Made by a program: the position numbers and the translations under genes | From: Candidatus Methylomirabilia bacterium | GTDB taxonomy: Bacteria; Methylomirabilota; Methylomirabilia; Rokubacteriales; CSP1-6 | Assembly: GCA_041493815.1 (NCBI GenBank) | Contig: JBGPZN010000001.1 | Span: 1 to 27,864 of the forward strand | Length of the DNA stretch: 27,864 bases | Direction of reading: 5' to 3' | The notes under the pieces: model-generated | Seen by the model: the letters and a program-made list of their open reading frames with translations, nothing else | Told to the model about the DNA's origin: nothing | The model's database searches: none | In this document: positions 7,656 through 15,683 of the stretch, piece after piece | Position numbering within the stretch: position 1 is the first letter of the stretch | Layout of the letters: each line of letters begins with the position of its first letter

Positions 7656-8302
7656 GCCGCCTGGTTCTCGCGATCGCGCTCGCGGCCGCCGGGTGCACCA
7701 CGCTGCTGGCCGGCGGCGAAGGGCAACTGGAGCGGACGTGGCAGGCCGCCCGGGTGTGGGTGCCGGGCGCGGCGCTGCCCACGCCACAGCCGGCGCCGCT
7801 CACCGGTCGCCTGGACGCGCTGACCGCCCGTCTCGACCGCCTGCCCGCGACCATCAGCGTGCCCGTCGTCGTCTACGCGCACGACTGCGCCGGCCTCGGC
7901 CCCGAGGCGGCCGTCTGGGCCGATCGCCTCGCCCGCCACGGGTACGCGGTGATCGCGCCCGACGGCTTCGCGCGATCCGGCCGCGCCCCGACGTGCGCGC
8001 CCGGTGACGCCGGCGCCCTGCTGACGCGCGAGGCGGAGATCCGGTACGCGCTCCGCCAGGTGCGCACCCAGTCGTGGGTGCGCCAGCGCGCGGTGTTCCT
8101 GCTCGGCGTCGGCCAGGGCGCGACCATCGCGGCCCGGGGCGCCGTCGGCGCGGTGATGGGCACCGTCATCATCGGCGGCGCCGGCGAGCCTCCACGGCGC
8201 TCGCCCGCGCTCGTGCGCGAGGGCGGGGGGCCGGCGGCGGCGCCGAGCGAGGACGATCAGCGCGCGGTCATCGACTTCCTGCAGCGGCTCACGCCGCGCT
8301 GA
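7652..8302 (+). CDS. Dienelactone-hydrolase-like alpha/beta-fold lipoprotein, probably CTG-initiated and catalytically degenerate
   Basis: LVLAIALAAAG-C lipobox, VVVYAHDCAG, GYAVIAPD, EIRYALRQV, FLLGVGQGA; only candidate start before the lipobox is CTG overlapping the upstream TGA. Confidence 0.65.
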   Translation: MSRLVLAIALAAAGCTTLLAGGEGQLERTWQAARVWVPGAALPTPQPAPLTGRLDALTARLDRLPATISVPVVVYAHDCAGLGPEAAVWADRLARHGYAVIAPDGFARSGRAPTCAPGDAGALLTREAEIRYALRQVRTQSWVRQRAVFLLGVGQGATIAARGAVGAVMGTVIIGGAGEPPRRSPALVREGGGPAAAPSEDDQRAVIDFLQRLTPR

Positions 8303-9425
8303 CCGCACGCGTTCGCCGTCTCGCCAGCGCCAGGCCGGCGCCGGCCATCGCGACGCCGGCGGCGGCCAGGAACGTGGCCACGAATCCCCACCGCGCGACC
8401 GCCAGCCCCGAGGACATCGCGCCGATCGCGATCCCCAGCTCGAGAGCGGTGAAGAACGTGCCCATGGCGCGCCCGCGATCGGCGGCGGCGACCACGTCCA
8501 CGCACCAGGCCATCAGCGCCGGCTGCGCGATGCCGCCGGCGAGGCCGTAGAGGGCGCCGCTCAGCGCCAGCCCCAGCGCGCCCTTGCCGAGCGCCAGCAC
8601 GACGAGCGCCAGCGCGGCCAGCCCGAGGCCGCTCGCGGCGACCGGGCGGCGGCCGAAGCGATCGGACAGGCGGCCGGCTGGCCCGCGCGCCACGGTGAGC
8701 ACGAGCGCGTAGACGAGGAAGAAGATGCCCGGGTTCACGCCGAGGCGCTCGGCGTACAGCGGCAGGAACGTGACCTGGGCGCCGTAGGTGAGCATCAGAC
8801 AGAGAATGACCAGCGAGGGGCCGAGCGCCGGCCGGCTGATCGTGGTGGCCAGCCTGAACGGGGCGTGGCTGGCCACGGGCAGCGTTTCGCGGATCGTGAG
8901 GGTCAGCAGCAGCGCCACCAGTGCGCTCGCCGCCGACGCCCCGAAGAGGCCGGTGAAGCCGAAGCGCGCCATGAGGGCGACGCCGGTGATGGGACCCAGC
9001 GCCATCGCGATGCTGCCGGCCGCTCCGAAGAAGCCGAGGAACTCGCCCCGGCGGGCCGGGGGCGCCACGTCCGCGAGCAGCGCGCTCGCCGCGGTCGGAT
9101 AGAGCGCCATGCCGGAGCCATGCAGCATCCGCACCGTCACCAGCGCGAGCACACCCCCGCTGACGCCGTAGCCGAGCGGCGCCAGGACGAACACCGTCGC
9201 GCCCGCCAGCATGAACGGCCGCCGTCCCCACCGGTCGATGGCCCAGCCCGTCCACGGCCGTAGCAGCATCGAGGTGATCGCGAAGGAGCCCATGATCACG
9301 CCGATGGCGCCGTCGGAGGCGCCCAGCCGGCGCAGGAACAGGGGCAGCGTGGACAGGAGCAGGAAGAACGAGAAGAAGAGCGTGAAGCTCGCGAGCCACA
9401 GCACGACGAGGCGGCGTGTGCTCAC
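8289..9425 (-). CDS. MFS transporter
   Basis: About 12 TM; motif A-like GWAIDRWGRR and GRLSDRFGRR; RGRAMG. Confidence 0.92.
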   Translation of the reverse strand: MSTRRLVVLWLASFTLFFSFFLLLSTLPLFLRRLGASDGAIGVIMGSFAITSMLLRPWTGWAIDRWGRRPFMLAGATVFVLAPLGYGVSGGVLALVTVRMLHGSGMALYPTAASALLADVAPPARRGEFLGFFGAAGSIAMALGPITGVALMARFGFTGLFGASAASALVALLLTLTIRETLPVASHAPFRLATTISRPALGPSLVILCLMLTYGAQVTFLPLYAERLGVNPGIFFLVYALVLTVARGPAGRLSDRFGRRPVAASGLGLAALALVVLALGKGALGLALSGALYGLAGGIAQPALMAWCVDVVAAADRGRAMGTFFTALELGIAIGAMSSGLAVARWGFVATFLAAAGVAMAGAGLALARRRTRAVSAA

Positions 9426-9438
9426 TCCGCCGCGCGGT

Positions 9439-10266
9439 TCATGACATCAGGAACTCACGCAGCAGCGACTGGAAGGCCGCCGGCTGATCGCCGGGCACGG
9501 TGTGGCCGGCGCCGGGCACGACCACCAGCCGCGCCGCCGGCAGCTCGTCCACCATGCGCTTGGCCGTCTCGTCGGAGAGGATGTCGGACAGCGCGCCGCG
9601 CACGAGCAGCGTGGGGCAGGCGATCGCCCGCCACTGCGGCCACAGGTCGGCGGGCACGCGCATCCGACCCTGGCGGATCGCCTCTCGCAGCGCGCGATCG
9701 TACTTCCAGGTGAACCCGCCACCCGGCAGCGGCCGCACGGCGTGCTGGGCCCGATGGTGGAGCATCGCCTCGGTGTACAGCGGGGCGTTGGCGCGCATGT
9801 GGGTGACGACGTCCTCGACCGACTCGAAGCGCTCGGGCGCCCCCGCCATGAGGGCGCCGACCCGGGCCCGGCCGACCGGGGCGATCTCGGGGCCGATGTC
9901 CACGATCACCAGGCGCTCGACGCGCCCGGGATGGGTGCCGGCGAAGTTGATCGCCACCCGCCCGCCGAGCGACAGGGCGACGAGCGTGCAGCGCCCCACG
10001 CCGAGGGCATCGGTGAAGGCCACGAGGTCGCCGAGCAGCGCGTCGTCGGAATAGTCGCCGTCGGGGGCGGGATCGGTGTCGCCGTGACCGCGCTGGTCCA
10101 GCACGAGGACGCGGTAGCGGTCGGCCAGCAGCCGCGCCTCGTCGTCCCAGGTGCGTGCGTGCCCGGTGATGCCGTGCAGGAAGACGACCGCCGGGGCCGC
10201 CGCCGGCCCCCATTCGACGTAGTGAAAGCGCTGGTCGCGCAGGGTGATCGTCCGATCCGTGTGCAT
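9439..10266 (-). CDS. Alpha/beta hydrolase (abhydrolase_1/6)
   Basis: FLHGITG, DQRGHGDT, ALSLGG nucleophile elbow, CPTLLVRG, GAGHTV; start ATG 10266. Confidence 0.9.
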   Translation of the reverse strand: MHTDRTITLRDQRFHYVEWGPAAAPAVVFLHGITGHARTWDDEARLLADRYRVLVLDQRGHGDTDPAPDGDYSDDALLGDLVAFTDALGVGRCTLVALSLGGRVAINFAGTHPGRVERLVIVDIGPEIAPVGRARVGALMAGAPERFESVEDVVTHMRANAPLYTEAMLHHRAQHAVRPLPGGGFTWKYDRALREAIRQGRMRVPADLWPQWRAIACPTLLVRGALSDILSDETAKRMVDELPAARLVVVPGAGHTVPGDQPAAFQSLLREFLMS

Positions 10267-10272
10267 GGTTCG

Positions 10273-10290
10273 ATTGTAACCTGCTACGAT
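10273..10290. promoter_or_regulatory. Back-to-back divergent -10 elements in a 31-bp intergenic gap
   Basis: Minus TACAAT (10273-10278) 6 nt from ATG 10266; plus TG-C-TACGAT (10282-10290) 7 nt from ATG 10298; no SD for either gene. Confidence 0.55.
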
Positions 10291-10297
10291 CCGGCTG

Positions 10298-11212
10298 ATG
10301 GCGACGCCCGCGCGACACGCGCACGAGCGCGCGACCGCCGCCGCGCGGTCGCGTCCGGTGCTGGCGCTGACGCTGGCGCTCACGTGCGCATTCCTGATCG
10401 TCGAGCTGATCGCGGGTTTCTGGACCGGCAGCCTCGCCCTGCTCGCCGACGCCGGCCACATGCTCACCGACGCCGCCGCGCTGGCGCTGGCCCTGTTCGC
10501 GACGTGGATCGCCGCCCGCCCCCCGACGCCGGCCAAGACCTACGGCTACTACCGCGCGGAGATCCTCGCCGCGCTCGTCAACGCGCTCATCCTGTTGATC
10601 GTCGCCGGCGCGATCCTCACCGAGGCCTGGCGGCGGTGGGAGACGCCGTCCGCGGTGCTGGCCGGCCCGATGGCGGTGGTGGCGGCGGCCGGGCTGGGCG
10701 TGAACCTGATCGGCGCGTGGCTGTTGCACCCCGGCGCGTCCGCCAGCCTGAACGTGCGGGCGGCCTACCTCGAGGTGATGAGCGACGCGCTCAGCTCGCT
10801 GGCCACGCTCATCGCGGCCGGCGTGATGCTGGCGACCGGCTGGACGGGCGCCGATCCCGTCGCCAGCGCGGCGATCGCGCTCCTGATCGTGCCACGCACG
10901 TGGTCGCTGATGAAACAGGCGGTCAACGTGCTGCTGGAGGGCACGCCGCCCCACCTGGAGCTGGGCGAGATCGAGGCCGCGATGTGCGCGGTGCCCGGCG
11001 TGCGACGCGTCCACGACCTGCACGTGTGGACGCTGACCTCCGGTCGCGAGGCGATGAGCGCCCACGCGGTGGTGGCGGACGTGCGTGAGAGCGAGCGGCT
11101 GCTGGAGGCGCTGCACGCGCTGCTGCACACGCGCTTCGGCATCGACCACACCACCGTGCAGATCGAGAGCGAGCCGCCGGCGGTGCTGCGCATCAAGAGC
11201 CCGTCCGGCTAG
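10298..11212 (+). CDS. czcD: Cation diffusion facilitator (CzcD/ZitB-like Zn/Co/Cd exporter)
   Basis: SLALLADAGHMLTD, TYGYYRAEILAAL, LNVRAAYLEVMSD, VLLEGTP, VHDLHVWTL, HTTVQIE. Confidence 0.9.
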   Translation: MATPARHAHERATAAARSRPVLALTLALTCAFLIVELIAGFWTGSLALLADAGHMLTDAAALALALFATWIAARPPTPAKTYGYYRAEILAALVNALILLIVAGAILTEAWRRWETPSAVLAGPMAVVAAAGLGVNLIGAWLLHPGASASLNVRAAYLEVMSDALSSLATLIAAGVMLATGWTGADPVASAAIALLIVPRTWSLMKQAVNVLLEGTPPHLELGEIEAAMCAVPGVRRVHDLHVWTLTSGREAMSAHAVVADVRESERLLEALHALLHTRFGIDHTTVQIESEPPAVLRIKSPSG

Positions 11213-11225
11213 CGAGGCTCAGCCG

Positions 11226-11582
11226 CTACCGCACCAGCACCAGCACGAGAGCGATCGCGCCGGGGAGGGCCTGGACCAAGAGGATCCGGCGATTCGCCGT
11301 CGACCCGCCGAAGAGTCCGGCGACGACGACGCAGCCGAGGAAGAAGATCTTGATCGCGTGGCCGGCCGGCCCCAGGCTGAGCCCCCAGAGGAGCCCCGCG
11401 GCCAGGAAGCCGTTGTAGAGGCCCTGGTTCGCCGCCAGCGCCCTCGAGGCCTTCGCGAACTCGGGCGTGAGGCCGAAGGTCCGCAGCCCCAGCGGCCGCT
11501 CCCAGCAGAACACTTCCAGGATCAGGAAATAGAGGTGCAATAGCGCCACCAGAGCCACCGCGACGTTGCCAGCGGTCGTCAT
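11226..11582 (-). CDS. DUF1304 family membrane protein
   Basis: LVALLHLYFLILE...W...FG...ALAANQGLYNGFLAAGL signature; GGAGG SD. Confidence 0.88.
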   Translation of the reverse strand: MTTAGNVAVALVALLHLYFLILEVFCWERPLGLRTFGLTPEFAKASRALAANQGLYNGFLAAGLLWGLSLGPAGHAIKIFFLGCVVVAGLFGGSTANRRILLVQALPGAIALVLVLVR

Positions 11583-11661
11583 CGATCAGCCTCCGCCATG
11601 GAGCACCGGCATGGCCGAGGATAGCGTGTCGATCGACGGCGACGCAAGAATAGGCATTCGG

Positions 11662-11667
11662 TATAGT
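11662..11667 (+). promoter_or_regulatory. Putative -10 element (TATAGT) for the UxaA-family gene
   Basis: TATAGT about 31 nt before ATG 11699, followed by AGGAGG SD. Confidence 0.45.
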
Positions 11668-11698
11668 GGAGCCTCCATCGCGAGCCAGGAGGGCAGGC

Positions 11699-13246
11699 AT
11701 GGCCACGTTTCCGCTGACCGACCGCGCGATCCTTCTCCGCCCCGACGACGACGTCGCCATCGCCAAGAAGGAGCTGGCCGCCGGCACCGTGCTGGAGGAC
11801 GGCGCGGCGCGCATCGAGATGCGCGCGGACGTCAAGCCCGGCCACAAGGTCGCGCGGCACGCCGTTCAGCGTGGCGACCCCGTGCGCCGCTACGGCCAGG
11901 TGATCGGCTTCGCCACCCAGGACATCGCGATCGGCGACCACGTGCACAGCCACAACCTCGACATCGGCGAGCTCTCGACCGACCGCTACGAGGTCGGCGT
12001 GGACGTCACGCCGGTCGACTTCTACCCGCCCGATCAGATGCGCTACTTCGACGGCTACAAGAGGGAAGACGGCAGAGTAGGAACTCGAAACTACGTCGCC
12101 ATCGTCTCGGGCGTCAATTGCTCGGCCAGCGTCAGCCAGTTCGTGAAGGACAAGTTCCGCGATGTCCAGCGCGACTTTCCCAACGTCGACGGCGTGCTGG
12201 CGATCACCCACAAGTCCGGCTGCGGCACCAAGCTCTTCGGCGAGGACCACATGGCGCTGCAGCGGGTGCTGGCCGGCTACGCCAAGCATCCGAACGTGGC
12301 TGCCTACATCGTGATCGGGCTGGGCTGCGAGGTGAACCAGGCGGCGGTCATGATCGATCGGCAGAAGATGTCGGTGCCGGGCCACGCCGAGCGCAAGCCG
12401 TTCCTGGTCAACATCCAGGAGGCGGGCGGCATCAGGAAGACCGTCGATCGGGCGGCGGCCGAGGTGGCCAAGCTGCTGCCGTTCGCCAACGAGGCGCGGC
12501 GCACGAAGCAGCCGGTGTCGGAGCTGACGCTGGCGACGAACTGCGGGGGCTCCGACGGCAACTCCGGCATCACCGCCAACCCCGCGCTCGGCTGGGCGGT
12601 CGACGAGCTGGTGCGCTACGGCGGCACCGGTGTGCTGGCCGAGACGCCGGAGATCTACGGCGCCGAGCACCTGCTGATCCGCCGCGCCATCAACGAGGGC
12701 GTCGCCAAGAAGCTCGTCGATCGCTACAAATGGTGGGAGTGGTACTGCCGCGGCATCGAAGCGATGGACAACAATCCCGCCCCGGGGAACAAGGCCGGCG
12801 GTCTCACCACCGTCTTCGAAAAATCCCTGGGCGGTGTCTCCAAGGGCGGTACCACGCCGATGATGGACGTCTTCCAGTACGGCGAGCCGATCACCACGCG
12901 AGGCTTCGTGTTCATGGACACGCCCGGCCACGATCCGGTGTCGATCACGGGATTGGTCGCGGGCGGCTGCAACGTCATCTGCTTCACGACGGGGCGCGGC
13001 TCGGTGTTCGGCTGCAAACCGGTGCCGTCGATCAAGCTGGCGACGAACTCGCTGATGTACCGCCACATGCAGGAGGACATGGACATCAACTGCGGCGTGA
13101 TCCTCGAGGGCACACCGCTGCCGACGGTCGGGCGTCAGATCTTCGAGGAGATCGTCGCGGTGGCCTCCGGCAAGCGCAGCAAGAGCGAGCTCTCCGGCGT
13201 CGGCGAGGAGGAGTTCGCGCCCTGGATCATCGGGCCGGTGATGTGA
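11699..13246 (+). CDS. UxaA/GarD-family dehydratase (N-terminal SAF domain plus catalytic domain)
   Basis: DDVAIA, GHKVA, RYGQVIG, HVHSHN; DGRVGTRNY, GCG, GLGCE, NCGGSD, ETPEIYGAE, NPAPGNKAGG, FTTGRG. Substrate (altronate, galactarate, sulfolactate) not determinable. Confidence 0.9.
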   Translation: MATFPLTDRAILLRPDDDVAIAKKELAAGTVLEDGAARIEMRADVKPGHKVARHAVQRGDPVRRYGQVIGFATQDIAIGDHVHSHNLDIGELSTDRYEVGVDVTPVDFYPPDQMRYFDGYKREDGRVGTRNYVAIVSGVNCSASVSQFVKDKFRDVQRDFPNVDGVLAITHKSGCGTKLFGEDHMALQRVLAGYAKHPNVAAYIVIGLGCEVNQAAVMIDRQKMSVPGHAERKPFLVNIQEAGGIRKTVDRAAAEVAKLLPFANEARRTKQPVSELTLATNCGGSDGNSGITANPALGWAVDELVRYGGTGVLAETPEIYGAEHLLIRRAINEGVAKKLVDRYKWWEWYCRGIEAMDNNPAPGNKAGGLTTVFEKSLGGVSKGGTTPMMDVFQYGEPITTRGFVFMDTPGHDPVSITGLVAGGCNVICFTTGRGSVFGCKPVPSIKLATNSLMYRHMQEDMDINCGVILEGTPLPTVGRQIFEEIVAVASGKRSKSELSGVGEEEFAPWIIGPVM

Positions 13247-14354
13247 GGGCGGCGTCGGCGACCGGCGCCGGCGGGCGCGGCTGCAGCGCGTCGGCCAGCC
13301 GCCGCGCCAGGACGGCACCGGCGAGCGAGGCCAGCACGGTGATCGCGAGCGCCGCCGCCGTTTCCGTCGCCGACGGCACGAGCGGCGCGAACGCGGGGCT
13401 GTGGCTCGTCGACCAGCCGTAGAGGGCCAGCAGCGTCACACCGTAGGCGACGCACGCCGAGGCCGGACGCCGGCGCGGGTCGACCGCGGCCATGACGGCG
13501 GCGGCCAGCACCGGGAGCAGGAGCCGCACGGCCATCGGAATTCCGGCGCCGCGGCTCTTCGCGCGGATCGCCGCGGCCAGCGCGATCGGTGACGTGGGGT
13601 CCTTCTGGATCTCGTCGCCGATCACCGACTCCGGCTGCACGATCGCGAACCCCACGCGCGTGATGTGCTCGCCCACGAACGAAATCCCCAGCGCGACGAC
13701 GATGACGGCCACCGGCGTCCACCGCCAGTCGATCAACCGGGCGACCGGCACCAGGGCCAGCGGGAGCATGAGCGAGCCGAGGATCGCGAAGGTGTGGAAG
13801 GCAACACCCCCGCGCGTGTAGGCGGTGAGCCACGACGGTTCCAGCACGACGCGGATGCCTCCATACAGCAGGCCGCCGCCGAGGAGCAGCGCCGCCAGGC
13901 GCGCGCGGCTGCGCGCCGGGTAGGCCTCGGTCGCGAGCACGAGCGTGCCGATCGTGTTGATCGCCGAGCCCAGCAATCCCAGCAAGTGCGGCGGGCTCCA
14001 CAGCGTGACGTCGAGACCGAAGAGGCGGTGCCAGAGGTCGTCGATCGGCGCGGCCAGGATCACGAGCGCCACGCCCCACGCGGCCAGGTGGATACCGCGC
14101 GTGGAGGTCAGCCCCAGGATGGTGATCGCGCCGCGCGGCCGCGTGCCGCGCTGGGCGCCGTAGCTGTCGAGCGCCAGGACGGCGAAGGCAACCAGCAGGC
14201 CGGCGGTGACGCCGCCGTACATCATCACGTGCGGCGGGATCCAGAAGGTGTCGCGGCCGATCAGCAGGTGCCACTGGATGTCCCAGGTGAGGCCCCAGGC
14301 CCCGAGCAGCTTGCCGGCGAGCATGACCCAGAGCGCGAGGTGATGGCGCGTCAC
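13227..14354 (-). CDS. Multi-pass membrane protein (375 aa) with two PmoC/AmoC-like D-x3-H-x12/13-H motifs
   Basis: GTG 14354 overlaps clpS stop (GTGA). WDIQWHLLIGRDTFWIPPH (D25/H29/H42) and DDLWHRLFGLDVTLWSPPH (D105/H109/H123); many hydrophobic segments. Confidence 0.75.
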   Translation of the reverse strand: MTRHHLALWVMLAGKLLGAWGLTWDIQWHLLIGRDTFWIPPHVMMYGGVTAGLLVAFAVLALDSYGAQRGTRPRGAITILGLTSTRGIHLAAWGVALVILAAPIDDLWHRLFGLDVTLWSPPHLLGLLGSAINTIGTLVLATEAYPARSRARLAALLLGGGLLYGGIRVVLEPSWLTAYTRGGVAFHTFAILGSLMLPLALVPVARLIDWRWTPVAVIVVALGISFVGEHITRVGFAIVQPESVIGDEIQKDPTSPIALAAAIRAKSRGAGIPMAVRLLLPVLAAAVMAAVDPRRRPASACVAYGVTLLALYGWSTSHSPAFAPLVPSATETAAALAITVLASLAGAVLARRLADALQPRPPAPVADAALTSPAR

Positions 14355-14644
14355 GACTGCACCACCGTGACGACGAGGCCGATGGACGCCAGGATGTTGC
14401 CCACGCGGACGCACTCGCCCTCGGACCCGACCTTCACGACGGCCTTGCCGGAGTTGTGGACCTGCCAGGCAATCTCCCAGCCCTCCGCCTCGCTACAGGC
14501 GATCGCCTTCTGCAGCTGCTTCACCACCTGCTCGAAGGTGTGGCAGTCGCAGTTGTGCAGGACGGTCATCCAGGGGGGCGCGACCGCGGTCGCGGTCCCG
14601 GTGATCTCCTCGACGTCGGGGGTCGGCAGGACCCGCTCGGCCAT
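14351..14644 (-). CDS. clpS: ATP-dependent Clp protease adaptor ClpS family protein
   Basis: PPW.TVLHN.D.HTFEQVV..L......AW.VH..GKAVV pattern of ClpS; NCDCH replaces NDDxH/T. Confidence 0.82.
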   Translation of the reverse strand: MAERVLPTPDVEEITGTATAVAPPWMTVLHNCDCHTFEQVVKQLQKAIACSEAEGWEIAWQVHNSGKAVVKVGSEGECVRVGNILASIGLVVTVVQS

Positions 14645-14651
14645 GTCCCCG

Positions 14652-14657
14652 ATTCTA
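14652..14657 (-). promoter_or_regulatory. Putative -10 element (TAGAAT) for a leaderless clpS operon transcript
   Basis: TAGAAT 7 nt before ATG 14644; no SD. Confidence 0.5.
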
Positions 14658-14666
14658 CCGCGCCGC

Positions 14667-15683
14667 TCACTTCAGCCCTTTTACCTTCGGGATCCGGGCC
14701 GGGATCCGCGCGATGGTGTGGCGCTGCACGTCGGCCGCCCACTGCGCGTCCACGGCCGGGAAGCCGAAGAGCCTCAGGTCGAGCGACAGGTTCGTGATGT
14801 AGATGTGGTGTCCGTGACGCACGAGGCTGGCCGGGAACAGCAAGCCGATCGGCTCGCCGTGACGATTGATGCCGTCGAAGTCGCCGAGCTTGGCGACGAC
14901 CCGGCCCGACGCGTTCAGGACGACGATCTCGTCGGCCTGGTTGGCGGCGATCCAGAGGTTGTCGTCGTCGTCGATGATCAGGCCGTCGCAGCCATTGATG
15001 CTGTAGGCGAACGCCGTCGGGGCGCTGGCGTTGCCGCCGGCGACCGGAATGCGGACGACGCTGTCGCTGCCGGTGTTGCACACGAACAGCGCGTCACCGG
15101 CGTTGTTGAACGCCAGGCCGTTGGCACCGAACGGCGGCACCCCGGCGGTCGTCAGCAGGGGATCGGTCACCCACGCGGTCGGTGCGCCGCCGCCAGGCCC
15201 CGTCCGCCAGATCGTGCCCTGGAACGAGTCGGAGATGTACACGTTGCCGGCGTGGTCGAACGTGAGCACGTTGGGGCCGGCGTTGGCGCCGCCGGGAATC
15301 GTGGTGAAGACGCTGGAGGCGCCGGTGAAGGGATTGACCGCGAGGACCTGCTTGCCGCCGAAGTCGATCACGAGCAGGGTGCCGGTGTGCGGGTGGAACG
15401 CGAGGTCGAGGAGCAGGTTGCTGGAGTTGGCGACCTTCACGTGGTGAAGCAAGTGTCCCCGGGGACCGAAGACGAGCAGGTCCCCCGGGCCGCCCGCCTT
15501 GGTGACGTCGAACGTGGTGACGTAGATGTGCCCGTGGCGGTCGGCGGTGATGCCCTCGGGGTTGTGGGTGCCGGCCGGCAGCGTCGCGAACGTCTCGACG
15601 TGGCCGCGTTCCCAGGCCTGGGCGGGGGTGCCCGGCGCGACCAGGAGCAGTACCACGGCGGCGATAGTTTTCGGCAGCGTCAT
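14667..15683 (-). CDS. Secreted SMP-30/gluconolactonase/LRE family beta-propeller protein
   Basis: Signal peptide (AQA-W), NPEGITAD, GPNVLTFD.GNVYISDS, GANGLAF, GCDGLIID; GGAGG SD. Confidence 0.85.
   Translation of the reverse strand: MTLPKTIAAVVLLLVAPGTPAQAWERGHVETFATLPAGTHNPEGITADRHGHIYVTTFDVTKAGGPGDLLVFGPRGHLLHHVKVANSSNLLLDLAFHPHTGTLLVIDFGGKQVLAVNPFTGASSVFTTIPGGANAGPNVLTFDHAGNVYISDSFQGTIWRTGPGGGAPTAWVTDPLLTTAGVPPFGANGLAFNNAGDALFVCNTGSDSVVRIPVAGGNASAPTAFAYSINGCDGLIIDDDDNLWIAANQADEIVVLNASGRVVAKLGDFDGINRHGEPIGLLFPASLVRHGHHIYITNLSLDLRLFGFPAVDAQWAADVQRHTIARIPARIPKVKGLK

Noticed and set aside
10760-10790. CDF TM5 motif ExxxD instead of HxxxD as novel metal specificity
   Set aside because: AYLEV.SD is, from recall, a common variant in CzcD-type proteins.
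13227-14354. Calling the gene a true pmoC/amoC and inferring methane or ammonia oxidation
   Set aside because: Similarity is limited to motif spacing, length and C-terminus differ, and pmoA/pmoB are absent from the window.
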